From the NCBI GenBank assembly GCA_965240325.2, contig OZ251232.1, positions 1,488,001 through 1,552,000 on the forward strand: a stretch of 64,000 nt of DNA, given 5' to 3'. A model generated the notes under the pieces. It saw only the letters and a list, made by a program, of their open reading frames with translations, made no database searches and was not told where the DNA came from. Shown piece after piece: positions 13,066 to 24,514 of this stretch. The position numbers and the translations under genes are program-made. How positions within the stretch are numbered: position 1 is the first letter of the stretch; each line of letters starts with the position of its first letter. The DNA comes from Rebecca billardiae RCC1528 (lineage: Eukaryota; Protista; Haptophyta).

Positions 13066-13087
13066 TTTACTGACGTACGTCAGTAAA
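13066..13087. other. perfect 22-bp palindrome TTTACTGACGTACGTCAGTAAA
   Basis: Read directly from the sequence. It contains inverted TGACGT (CRE/bZIP-type) half-sites in an intergenic region. Confidence 0.7.
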
Positions 13088-14704
13088 GTTTCGTCGGGAT
13101 TTTCAGCAATTTCATTGGAGGAGGGTGCCTCACTCTATTGTCCAAACTTGCATTTTCGGGATGTGAAGCTGTAAGTGTTTCGCCTTGCGGAGTAGCGCAG
13201 CCGCCAAGCCGTCCAATGGGAAGCCAGCTCGGGCTTCGCTCAATGAAAAATGATCACATCGGCTCCCGCGAGCCCCGATAGGAAATAGAGCTCGCTCCGT
13301 TCCACTTCGTCGGTATCTCGCCGTCTCGTGGTGGGCGAGGGGCGGAGCTGAGTGGTTGGGTCTGCGGCGCGGACTGCGATGCTGGGCTGCTGACGTTCTC
13401 CGCGCGGGATATCTGAGGGGCACGCGAGCTGTATGTAGGGCACGCCTTGCAAACAATCTCCCCGCTGTACGTGCAGGTCATGCTAGCGTCCTCCGCGCCA
13501 AAAAAACCTGCTTGTTCTTGCGCGAGGCCCGAGTCCGCGGCACTCGGTCGCTGCTCGCCGCAAGCTGGCACGCGTCAGCGTCTACACATTCACGATTCGG
13601 TGGTCATCGTGCGCCTGAGGACGGGGGCGATCTACTGAGTGCGCTGCTAGATGAGCAGGCCCGCGTAAGGTTAGATCACCCTGCTCCTCACGCCTTGCGC
13701 GCACCTTGGGTTGCTTCCGTCACGCTTGAGGCGCTTCACGTCGCACGGGTCGGCGTAAGCTGTGTGTGTGATGCAAGCAGACGTCTTCCAAGCCTGGCTT
13801 GTACCCGATGGGAGAGCATACTTCTATCGCCTTCAGCCACCACCTTCTCCGGCGTTCGACGCCCACACTACATGCGACCACAGCCATACGCAGCTCGTCG
13901 GGACTCGTCTCCGTTAGCTTATCGATGTGCAAACGCCAAGGCCTGTGACACGCAGGGAAGACTGATTCGCCATGGCATTTGTGCACTGCGTGAAGTATTG
14001 ACACCAGCGCACGTTCGCCAGGTAGATTTGCGGGAGCAGAGCGTGCTTTTCTGCAAGGATTCGCACACGTATCACAGAAGTTCAGCAGTCGCGGGCTCGG
14101 ACTGAAGATCTCTGCACCGTCGCTTGGCCGTGAGTGACAGGAACAGGCGAGGAGCTCCCACGGTGCTGGCGCACAACATGCCGTGACAGCGGGGGGCACA
14201 CACATGGCGCGTGCGCTGACACAACCGCGCGGACGACCGGGCTAGGCGCCACTGATCGGCCGCCCTCGGGCAAGGCACCGGCGGACTTCGCGGCCGGAAC
14301 GCCATCGGGACAGCCGTCCCTCGTTTCGGCCGCCAGATAGTCTTTCGCCTTCTTCAAAACTCTAAACATTGACTGGCCAAGTAACTCTGAGATTCGCAAT
14401 CGTGCGGCCAAAAACGGGGCTGGGGGGCAGTCAAGGTGGGCTGCCGTCTAGTGTGAGTGTGGGCCGCGAGCGAAAGTCCGATTCTCACGGTTGTTTAGTC
14501 ATAGAGCACTAGACCCAGTCGCATGATGAATAATTCCTTGCCACCCGGCACGCCTGGCGAGAGACGGGGAGTGGGACGGTGTCGGTGATGGTCGAGCTGC
14601 CTTGTGCGCTGCGCAGCTCAGCCTGCAGACGCACCCCACAGAGTTCCCCCCGGGAACGCGTCGTGCTCACACAAGCGCCCGCAGCTCCCACGAGCGCCCG
14701 CAGC

Positions 14705-16116
14705 TCACGCCAGCGGGGCCTTGTCGTCGTCCGACTGCGCTGTGCGTGCGGGCCGGCGCCGGCCGACCACGAGCGCAGCGAGCGCGACAAACGCAGTGAG
14801 CGCGCCGAGCGCAACCGCGCCGGTCACGAGCGTGATCGTCTGCTCCTCCTCGGAGAGACCGCGCCACTGGCGCGCGTGCACGTTGCGCAGCGCCGGCGTC
14901 GGCTTCCAGTCGGGGTTCGGGCAGTTGCCCAAGAACCAGCAGCCCGAGGCCTGGCCCGCGTGCAGCGTCGTGCCCTGCGCGGCGCAGCGCGGCCGTGGCG
15001 GCGAGCAAGGAGCGCATCGCGTGAGCGTTCCGCGCGGAGGGCGCGCGCAGCGGCCGGGCGGGCGCGTACAATCACGATGCACCACCAGGTGTAGCAGTCG
15101 TCGCGGTTCGGCGGCGGGAACGGCGGCGGCGAGGGCGGCGGCGAGGGTGGCGGCGGTGAGGGCGAGGGTGCGGGCGAGGGCGGCGGCGAGGGCGGCGGCA
15201 AGGGCGGCGGCGGTAGCGGCGGTGGCGGCGCGGGCGGCGGCGAGGGCGGCGGGTTGGGCGGGTTGGCCGGCGCGATGCAAATCGAGTTCGCGCTGCCGAC
15301 GTTGCTCGCGAAGAAAGCCTCGCACGCGTCCAACCAGGTCGGGACGGGCGGCACCGTGTTGGGAGCGTACCCGAAGGGGCTGCTCGGCGTGACATCGGTG
15401 AGCTCGCCCTTGTTGGGGGGGTCCTGGCAGCAGATACTGAGGAAGAAGCCATCCGCGGTGGGCGAGACGTCGAAGCCGCCCTGGTCGTAGTCCTTCAGCT
15501 TGACGACGACGTAGATCACCTCGCCAGGGACCACATCTGTCACCTGCGCCGCGGACCACGCGTCGGTGCCGCCGGACACCGCGCGGCCGTGGCAGTTCAT
15601 ATCGAACGGGTTCGCCCGGAAAGTCGCGGTCGTGGTGCCGAAACCGAGACCGCCGCCGATGATGTCGCAGCCCGTGTTCCCGCCACGCCAGATATTGATG
15701 TGCTCGGCCTCGTTGTTCTCTGCGCGACGGCGCGGGCGTGGGAGGCGGGAGCGCGCGGCGTGCGTCGCCGATGAGAAGAGGTGTACACATGCGACACATG
15801 CGACGGATCACTGCAACCACCAGGCTGCAGCCGGGAGGGAGGCGCAGGCGCGGCGCGCACTGACGAAGTCGCCGTCGTTGGAGTTCAAGGTGACCTTGAT
15901 GTTGAACGGCTTGGTGTTCGTGAAGTTGAACGCAATGTCCGGATCCGGGTCGGGGCCCGAGACGAAGATCTGAAAGTTGAACGCGTCGTGCGGGATCTGG
16001 TTCACGACATTGTCGCAGTCCAGCTGCTTGTAGATCGGCGGCACGTTGACGCAGTTGTCGATGAGCGCGAGCGCACCTGGCACGAGCGCGGCCGCGACGA
16101 GCAGCTTCGACAACAT
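14705..16116 (-). CDS. secreted/type-I membrane protein with Cys-containing ectodomain, SPPP (extensin/pherophorin-like) stalk and C-terminal TM; 3 exons
   Basis: Signal peptide MLSKLLVAAALVPGALA; introns ~15863-15720 and ~15075-14975; (SPPP)n tract ~15110-15260; TM LVTGAVALGALTAFVALAALVV followed by GRRR. Confidence 0.8.
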
Positions 16117-16833
16117 CGTGCCCCGCCAAGCTGCGCGCGCACGGATCCGATGTCCGAGCAGGAACCAGGCAGGCGGGCGGTCCGCGCAGCGATACGATCG
16201 GCGCCACGGGCCAAGCGCGGGCGCGGGCCGGCGCGTGGGGGGGGTGTCACGCGTGAGCCAGTGGGCCGTACGCGCAGACGAGCACGCTGTCGCACGTGCC
16301 ACCCAGAACGGGCACGTGGGCGCCCCAGCCGGCTGCGCGGCCCGCGGACCAGCGCTCACCTCCCACGGGCACCGACGCTCGCGGGTAGCCTTGCGTGACC
16401 CTCGCCCTCGCCCGCTGTGACACTGCTGCGCCGAGGCCTCGCGAGTGATGATGGCGAGATCAGGATGCGCCTACGACTAGCTAGAGCAAGCGGGCGCCGC
16501 GCGCCGGTGAAGCCTACACGGCCTTTCGATGCGCCCAAGTTTCACATAGTGGGGGCAGTCTGAAAACCGCGGAGGTCGGCGCTGGTTGACAAATCTTGTC
16601 TATGATCTCCCTCGTCGCGCCGGCCTCCCATATGTAAAACCTGCTAAATCCGCATGCGGCGGCGCAAAAACGAAATAATATGTGTGTCGACCCGTGTCGA
16701 TCTATGTCGACGAGCATGCGTTTTTGTCCCGTGCACCCGTGGACGCACTTTTCTTGGTCCGGACCGCAGATTCCGGGTGGAACTTGGACCGCTTCCCCGC
16801 GGCGCGGTGCTGACGCACGATGCCGGCCGCGAG

Positions 16834-17187
16834 ATGAGGGCGACCCGGTGCTCGATCCTCCTCATCGCCTACACTGCGCGAGCCGCGCAGAGCCCTCCGG
16901 CAACAGGCACAGACGCCCGGCTTGGCATTTCTGAGCGTCAGGTGCTCATCCTTGCCCTCGTGGCTGCGTCAACTCTCACATGCTTGCTCGGCATTTGCCT
17001 GTGCATTGTGGGCTTTGCAGCCTGCGCGCTGGCAGTGGGCACGAGCCCACACATGTATCGCGTCCTGGATGCCGTCAGCCTCGCTCGAGGGGGGCGCCCA
17101 TCGTATCGACCCATGAGCCGCGCTGGCCGTGACCATCACGCGGCAGCAGATGTCGAAATTTCGTCGGCATCCTCTGGCGAAGGCTGA
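16834..17187 (+). CDS. small predicted single-pass membrane protein (~117 aa)
   Basis: ATG at 16834, a weak signal-like N-terminus, and the hydrophobic Cys-rich segment VLILALVAASTLTCLLGICLCIVGFAACALAV. Confidence 0.5.
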   Translation: MRATRCSILLIAYTARAAQSPPATGTDARLGISERQVLILALVAASTLTCLLGICLCIVGFAACALAVGTSPHMYRVLDAVSLARGGRPSYRPMSRAGRDHHAAADVEISSASSGEG

Positions 17188-18346
17188 GCACCGCCGCCCA
17201 AGGCATGGTCCGGCCATACTCATACTGTAAGCCGCCACGCTGCCAGCAGCGCCACGCGTCGAACTGGCCGTCATTGCGCGGGGCTCAGGATACTTTTTCG
17301 GACGAAGGTCTTACATACACCGTCGCCAAGACACATCCGCTGCTAGACAATAAGAATTCGCTGCCGGCGTCACGTCGCCGGTAATCATCGGCGTCATATG
17401 GCATATGCGCTGCCGCCTCATGAGGGCAACTGCATGTGACTCCGGACTCGGAGTCACTGGGCGGTCCGCGGACAGCAACGGGCTGATTGCCTGCTTCACT
17501 GAGGAATGAACGGGCCACTCGCCAGTCAGCACCGTAGGCTACTATCGACGGATATCCCACTGCAACAGATCTATAGGATCTGATCCTATGCGGCTATGCG
17601 GGCAGTATGGCATAGGTCATAGTAGATGAGTTCTCCAGAGCGCCAGCGGCTCAGTTTTGCGCATACGATCATCGGTGTTGCTATATCGTACACACAACTC
17701 CACCGGCTGTCGGCACACACCATCTCCGCCTGCCGCCACGGCCACGGCGGTCGCGCGCGCGCGCGCGCGACCGCGCGCGCGCGCGCGATCCTATGCCATA
17801 GGATCCGCGCCAGGGACGGCTACATAGGATCGGCATGACAGCGTCAGTTGCTCGCCCCTGGCAGCCGAGCGGCGACCCTGGGCACGGACGGCGCCGGCGA
17901 GTGCTCGCGCCGGATGCCCGCGCTGCCGCTCGCACCGCCGCCCACGCCGCCAGGCGCGTTGCTGCCCGTGGCACACCGATTCTGGGGCGGGGCGAAGAGA
18001 GGGCAACCGCCATCTACTCGGGCCAATTCTATGATTTAAAGACACAGGCACGAGGGCGCAGCTCTCCTGATTCGTCTGTCGAAGTACTGAATGGAGTTAA
18101 TGGAGGATGTCGGAGCGCGTTGGCCGCGGGTGAGGGAGTCGTCGTAACCGATGCTGATCACACGGTCACTGAGGTAGTAGGCGCCCGGGGATGCCGCTGT
18201 TTTGCAGTCGTCGTCGGCCTTGGTCATCATGTAGTTGCCCGTGTCGTCGTCGTCCGAGGCTGTTCAAGTTGATGCCGTAGTGCAGGTAGTGGATGTGGTC
18301 GCCCGGGCCGGTGTGCGCGGCCTAGTGGCCTTGCCGAGTTGAGGGA

Positions 18347-18464
18347 GTAGTCGCCCTTGCCGTTGAGGAAGTCGTCGTCCTTGCCGTTGAGGAAGTCGTC
18401 GCCCTGGCCGCAGAGGAAGTCGTCGCCCTTGCCGTTGAGGAAGTCGTCGTCCTGGCCGCTGAGG
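18347..18464 (-). repeat. 24-bp tandem repeat, ~5 units (translates as G[KQ][GD]DDFL[NC] on the minus strand)
   Basis: Unit GTCGTCGYCCTKGCCGYWGAGGAA repeated; also present in copy 2. Confidence 0.9.
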
Positions 18465-18517
18465 GTGCCTGCGCTGCCCAACCGGGCGCGTCTGGCGCGC
18501 CAGCGCCGCGCGCGGCT

Positions 18518-19621
18518 CTACGCCAGCGACTGCGGCGCGGCGGCAGCCAGGTCACGGGGGGGGTCGCCGAGGGACGCGGTGCGAGCCTGCTTGGCCGGCT
18601 TGGCGTCGCTCCCGCCAGCGGAGGAGGGCCCATCCTCCTCCGCCGGCGTGGACGGCTCGGTCGCCGCGCGCTTGCCGGCTGCCGCGGCGCCGGGGGGCAG
18701 GACCAGGCGGTAGTTGGACTCCCCGAGCGCCGGCCTGGCCTGTTGCACCTCGGGCCCGTCCGACGGCGCGGCCGCGGTTGGTGGCTGGGGTGGCGGGATG
18801 GCATCGTCCGAACCCTCCCCCTCGGGCTCCTCCGCCTCCGGGCCGGCGGGGTCCGCCGCCTGTTGGTCGGCCGGCTGAGGAGCAGGGCGGCGCGCAGCGG
18901 CGGGCGGCGCGGGCGGCACAGGCGGCGCGGGCGGCACGCCCCACAGGTTGTGTGGGACGCGGGCGGCGCCGGCGATGCGGCGGCTCGGCTTGAGCGGCGC
19001 GAAGAAGATGGGGTGCTCGGGGTCGATGGGCATGAAACGCAGGCGGAGGAAGATCAGGTTCACACCGCCGGAGTAGATGTTGGTCTCGACGTGCTCACCG
19101 TTGGTCACGTACTTGTTGATGTCGGGCACGATCTGCTCGTAGAGGGCCCTGTGAAACTGCACGAGCGTCATCGTGGGGCTAACCGGGAGCGTGAGGGACA
19201 CGTCCTTCGCCTGGGTTGCGAGGTCGGCCGCCGACAGCGCGAGCATCTCCTGCGTGAGCTCCGTGGTGCACGCCGTGAGAATGTTCGGCATGCACAGGCT
19301 GGTGGCCAGGCGGCGGCAGATGGTCATGTTCTCGAGCACCGAGCCGGTGAAGGAGAAAACGTGCTTATTGCCTTTGGGGTCCTGGGTGAGTCCTGAGAGC
19401 AGTCGCCCGCCTTGCGAGTTGGGCGCCACGTCGCTCAGGCAGCGCGCGCTCAGCTTGATCATCGTCGTGCACATCTGCTGGCCCGCATCCCGCCTGGCGG
19501 TGGGGGTGCTCGGCCGTTCCACCTGCAGCCCGCGCTCGAAGTTGTTGGAAGAGGGGAAGAAGCTCAAGGCGCTCCTGCTGTTGAGACGGTCGCGGAAAAA
19601 GCCGTGCTGGTAAGGGGGCAT
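18518..19621 (-). CDS. element-encoded 367-aa protein of unknown family (globular ~225 aa plus Pro/Ala/acidic tail)
   Basis: Intact ORF from MPPYQHG in both element copies, with synonymous substitutions between copies in the central region. Confidence 0.8.
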   Translation of the reverse strand: MPPYQHGFFRDRLNSRSALSFFPSSNNFERGLQVERPSTPTARRDAGQQMCTTMIKLSARCLSDVAPNSQGGRLLSGLTQDPKGNKHVFSFTGSVLENMTICRRLATSLCMPNILTACTTELTQEMLALSAADLATQAKDVSLTLPVSPTMTLVQFHRALYEQIVPDINKYVTNGEHVETNIYSGGVNLIFLRLRFMPIDPEHPIFFAPLKPSRRIAGAARVPHNLWGVPPAPPVPPAPPAAARRPAPQPADQQAADPAGPEAEEPEGEGSDDAIPPPQPPTAAAPSDGPEVQQARPALGESNYRLVLPPGAAAAGKRAATEPSTPAEEDGPSSAGGSDAKPAKQARTASLGDPPRDLAAAAPQSLA

Positions 19622-21403
19622 GGTGGCCGGTGTGGCGGGCGCGGGGCTGCGGAGGGCCGGGGGGCGGGTGCGGAAGCACTGCGGTGCGAGCGAGGTCGGT
19701 GCTGGTGCCAAAGGCATTTCGGCGCGCGGGGTTGAAATCAAATTTCAAAACCCAGGTCCGGAGTGGCCCCGCCGGTCCCCCGGACCACGGCGGCCCGTCG
19801 TGCGTTTCGGGGGGAGAGGGGTTTGTCGCGAAACGGGCAGGATGGGGAAAAGGGGGGGGGGGGGGGGGGGGGGGGGGCTCGCGGCCGCCGCGGGGAGGCC
19901 GGGACGGGCGCGGTCTCCACCTGAGGGCCGGGCGCTGCTCAGGAAGGAGGGCGGCCCACACTCCGCGTGTCGCTCCCCAGTGCCTCCGCACAGGCACACC
20001 GCAGGTGTTCGCCGTCGTGTCGGGATGAGCATGCGCTTGGCGTCCGCACCCGGGGCCAGTCCTTTCATGGTCAGCAAGCAGGCGGGGGGGGGGCGTGCGT
20101 GTGCAAGCGCGGGTGGATATGTCGTGTCTGCGATATGCGGAGTGTTGGATGCGGGTTGCGCCGGTGCCCCAGGGCACCGGTGAGTGTGTAGCTGTTTCGG
20201 GCACGCCTCGCGAACGCGAGGCGCTGGAAGACATGGCCACTCGTCGTAGCGGGTCGGGCGGGGGGGTTTGGTGGTAAGGATTTTCCGAAAAATCGGCCGC
20301 CGGTTTTTCGGAAAATCGCGGGACTGTGGCGGACGCGATCCATGCCGCACCACGGTATGGCCGCGCCGGGGGAGGACGCGGGACCGGAGGTGCAGCAGGC
20401 CGCAGCTGCGATTGTTGCGTTGATGGGACGGGCGGCGCGGCGGCCAATACCCCGGCCCATGATCCGGGCGATACCCGGATGTCGAGACCGGGGCACAAGT
20501 TCCCGAGCGGGTGCCGTACAGTAGGAGAATCAGCACCTGCTCACACGTAGCGAGCATTGCCCTTGGTCTTGTTCGCACGGGGATCGATCTGGCCCACAGC
20601 TTCGCGATGCTGCGCGCTGTGGGCCAGGTGATGCAGGCTTTCCAGATCGCCGAACTCAAGAGGACTGCTCGCACTGCCAAGGCTTGGGCCTGTACCGCGG
20701 TGGTGCTCGGCGGACCTCGGATCCAAAGCCACAGCTGTGGTTTGACCTCGCGGGCGTACAAGGCAAGACTGTATGGTCGCAAGGCCATCGATGTGAACGT
20801 GTGCACGGCGCCACTCTGCCATGCTTCAACTCGTCTGGGTCGAGCTGAGGGCAATCATTCGTGCCCGGAGCATCTGTCAGGCGCGCGTGCATGCATGCGC
20901 GCCGCGCGCCGCTGCTGCGGCCCGCGGCTACAGCTCCTGTCACCTTAGCAGATATCTAATGTTGACCACCCCTTTGCGCATCCTGAAGTAGGCCGTGGCA
21001 GGTGGGCCTTCCGCGACTGCGCCCATCGTCATCATGTCGCCGTGATCATCTGTCAGCAGCTGATCGTCTGAGAGTCGTCTGCAGCTTGTCAGACTGTCCG
21101 CCCGTCCGGGCCCGGGGCCTCAGGCTCAGGCTGCTTTCGATCGGGCTGGCGCCGAGCTCAAGTGATAATCGTGGGCTCACATGCAGTCACATATCCGGCG
21201 GCGGATGGCAGCATTGAGAGAAACAAGTCTCACTCGCAGGCTCAGCTGATGACCGCCGAGACCAGCAGCGCGTCAAAATCGTCATCAGTAGTAGTACGTG
21301 TAGCATCATCGTCAACGGTCAGCTCATAGTCAAACTGCATCGCTCGACTCGTCCTCAGCCGCCGGTTGCCCCTAGGAGCGGGCGCAGCGTCGCCTTGGCG
21401 CCC

Positions 21404-22980
21404 TCAACTGCAGGCCAATCGCGTCAGGTGGCAGCGGGGGCAGCATGACGAACGCTGAGTCGACGATTGCGAGCTTTCCTGCTGGCGCCTCGCCCGCCGC
21501 TTCGCCCCGCAGCACTCGCAGGGATGACTGCCGGCAGCGCTCGCAGCTCTGAGCTCACCGGCGATCAGCGCGCGCAGCTCATTCGCACGCTGACCGGTGA
21601 GCGTGCCCGCGCCCATCGCGTGGTCGAACGCGGCGTAGGCCGAGGGCAATGCGGCTTTCCGCACGTACGTGTGCGTCGCCAAGCCCCGCGCGAGCTCGAG
21701 CCACACGCCGCGTGCAACGGCAGCTCAACCGCATCACGCATGAGGCGGCACGCGATAGAACCGGCGCTCACTGAGGCGGCTTGCGCAGGGCGTAGCTCGG
21801 CGAAGCGCTACGGTAGATGAATACCTGCCCCCGAGACGCAAGCCACGACATGTCTGTCAACTGGGACAGCACACTGAGGGAAGCATCAGCTGCGAGGTCA
21901 GGGTGTCTACTGCCAGACGTCTGCCAGTAGAACACCTCGCGCCCCACCTTCGTGCCAGCTGGGCGGAGCAGGTAGCAGCAAGAGTTCGCGCAGTACGGTA
22001 TGGCAGCGTCCACGAACGGCGAGAGGGTCGCCCAACCGCCATGTACTTGGATTGAGAGCTCGGCGCATGCGTTGAACGATAGGAATTGTCCTCCTGCGTG
22101 GACGGCAGCTTGCGCGCCTGCTTCCCGGCGGCGGGAGCAAGCACGACGGTGGCGCACGCAACAAGGATCGACACCACGCTCATGGCGAATGTCTGCCGTC
22201 CTCCGCCTCGCCTCTCGCATCCGATTTGCGGCCGATTCGGCGACGTGCAGATGGGCGGCATGGCGCAGCCTCGCGGCCTGGTGAGCCATATGAGCGCCCG
22301 CTCCCAAGTACCCGTAAGGTATTGACACATAGGAGCCGGCGTCATAGGCGACTCGCCTTTGAATAGCAGCTGCCTTCATAGGCGCGCGCTCAAAATAGCG
22401 CACGCCGACGAAGCTGAAACAGTTTGTCAAAGTGACAAACTTCGCTACCGCCAAACCCCCGGCCCGAGTAGTGCGTGCGGCCACGGACCTCCCACGATGC
22501 CCACGATGGTGGCGGCCGTCCTTGTGGACCATGAGCCCACGAATCCAAGAGCGTGCGGGTCGAGCGTCGCGTAAATCGACTGCGGCACACGCATGGTGTG
22601 TCTACAGGTGCGATACCATCCACGCACGCGGCATGGCAAGATGTTCCGGCTACCTCCGAGGCTTGCTCTACATGCGCGCCGATGCTCAATCGCAACCACC
22701 TGACCGGACGCGAGCGACCCGCAGCGGCTTGCGCGCGCAGCCCCGGCGTGACGTACAATGCCATGCTTGGCGAGGACCAAAACGCATTGTGGAGGAACCT
22801 CGTACGGCTCCGGTCGAACACAGTGAACTACGATGTGTGAGCATCAAGCTGGGTGTCATCTACAAGTGCCACATGTCGGTCGGCGTTGCCGCCGTGGAGT
22901 CGCAAGGCGGCAGCGACCGCGACGGCTTCACGCGCTCCATCCGCGTGGAGCCCAAAACATGCGGTGGTGGTCGAAACTCA
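21404..22980 (-). pseudogene. frameshifted piggyBac (DDE_Tnp_1_7)-like transposase remnant
   Basis: Fragments lie in the expected order across frames: PTDMWHL*MTPSL (N-terminal P.D.F.LF), VVAIE (VAIDE), TLTNCFS (DN.F.S), KYMAVG (YNKYMGGVD), Y...PAGTKVGREVFYW, LELARGL, and C-terminal CECC...CPRC (Cys-rich domain). Confidence 0.55.
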
Positions 22981-24514
22981 CAACAAGCTCGCTCTGGCGG
23001 ATGGTGGCGACACTGCTACCGACCCCTAGGTGCAGTCGTACCATTCGGCAACATGAGAAAATGTCGTCTGCTGAGTCGTCCCTGGGGCCATCCTACCTAT
23101 CACCTATGCCATAGGATTGAATCCTATGCAGGATAGGATCGCAGTGGGATATATCCGTCGATTAACAGTGTCACTACTTAGTTAGTAGCGGGTCAGCTAC
23201 TAGCTGTAGCTTAGAAGCCCTAGCAGCTTTTCTAACTCGAATAAGCTGTCTGTCGAAATCATATATACAGGACTCTGATCCGATCCAGAACCGTGGTTAT
23301 TATATGAGTTATGACTCTGCGCAAGCCACTCTCTGAGTCCGTGCTGCTTAATTAGCTTATTACTCGGCCTCGGAGCGCGCGGCGTATCCGCGACGGCTCG
23401 GAACACGGAGCAGGGAGTCGGACCGCGTCAGTGCCGTTGCCAGTCGTCACGAACTCGTCACTCGTCAGTGAGACAGTTTAGTATATAACTCTTAGTCTTA
23501 GCTTATATAATAAATATAGTCTTATAATACTGATTCTGACGACGAGTACAATATATGAATATTGGATCAGCAGACTACTGTACCGCGCTGAGACTTATAA
23601 CTTCAAAATAGTATACAGCCGACCGGAATCCGTCGCTGACTGTCGCAGCTAGTGAGAGACTGCTGCTCGGACTTGAGCAGTGGCTGCGCAGGTCTACTTC
23701 ATCGACTCTCCGGGCCCGGGCCCGAGCTGACTGCTCCCGGACGCCGTCGCTGAGCCTGACACTGTGACTGACAGTCCCAGCTCGGGCTGAACGCGCATCA
23801 GCATGGCCACGGGCCTAACCGCTAACGGCTGCGCGGTCGTCTCACGCGGCCCACGCAGCGGCCAGCGGCCGTCGTAGAAATAAAATTAATAATAATTTAA
23901 TAATAATTAATGATCGTCGATCGCGCACGCCGATAAATACTTAATGATGAGCCGCAGATTTGACCGAGACGAGTGACGTCGCGCGACTCGGCCTCGGGCG
24001 TGAGCCGTCGGACGCGCGCGGATTATTATTATATTCGCGACTACGCCCGGATATGCCTGTACAGGCTGCATGTACGGACGGTACCTAGCAGTCTTATGTC
24101 TGTACTCAGTGCTGACCTAGACTCTGAGCACGCAATATATATATATACTACGACTGATGAAGCCTAGCTAGTGGCTGAGTAGTGCGCTAGCTACTACCGC
24201 GCGTCACTGCCGACTGCGTCACTCCGAATGACTACTCGGATATACTGCTAGCTGCTAGGACGACTGTGCCAATAATAAATCTGCTGCTGAGGGCCGCAAG
24301 TGGCAAGTGCATGCGGCGCGCGCCCGATTCGGCGCATACACCGCCATCAACGCGAAGTATATATATACATATACATATATGTATATATATGTATTGCTGA
24401 TATGATGATAACAGCATGAGACGACGCAGCTGCTTGCTGCATATCATACGACTAAGCAAGCAGCTAACGAGTAACGTCGCGCTCCAATCCGACACTACTG
24501 CAGTTCCGTCAGAA

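Larger units (their letters stand above)
18025..20238. mobile_element. 2.2-kb dispersed repeat, copy 1 (Helitron-like ends, no TSD), nested in the piggyBac remnant
   Basis: Near-identical to 60310-62507. It starts AATTCTATGATTTAAAG and has two perfect GC hairpins (20161-20180, 20204-20223) just before the shared boundary. Flanks are unrelated between copies. Confidence 0.85.
17544..23162. mobile_element. decayed piggyBac-like DNA transposon (~5.6 kb including a nested 2.2-kb element)
   Basis: TIR ATCGACGGATATCCCACTGC (17544-17563) matches the reverse complement of 23141-23162 apart from an extra AT. Subterminal ATCCTATG/CATAGGAT motifs occur at both ends. TTAA lies at 23162-23165, and there is an internal transposase remnant. 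Confidence 0.6.

Noticed and set aside
13130-14411. ORFs in the 13-14.4 kb region
   Set aside because: No recognisable motifs or host-like codon bias; probably decayed repeat or intergenic DNA.
18347-18464. CRISPR-like array
   Set aside because: The units are contiguous 24-bp tandem repeats with no unique spacers, there are no cas genes, and the context is eukaryotic.
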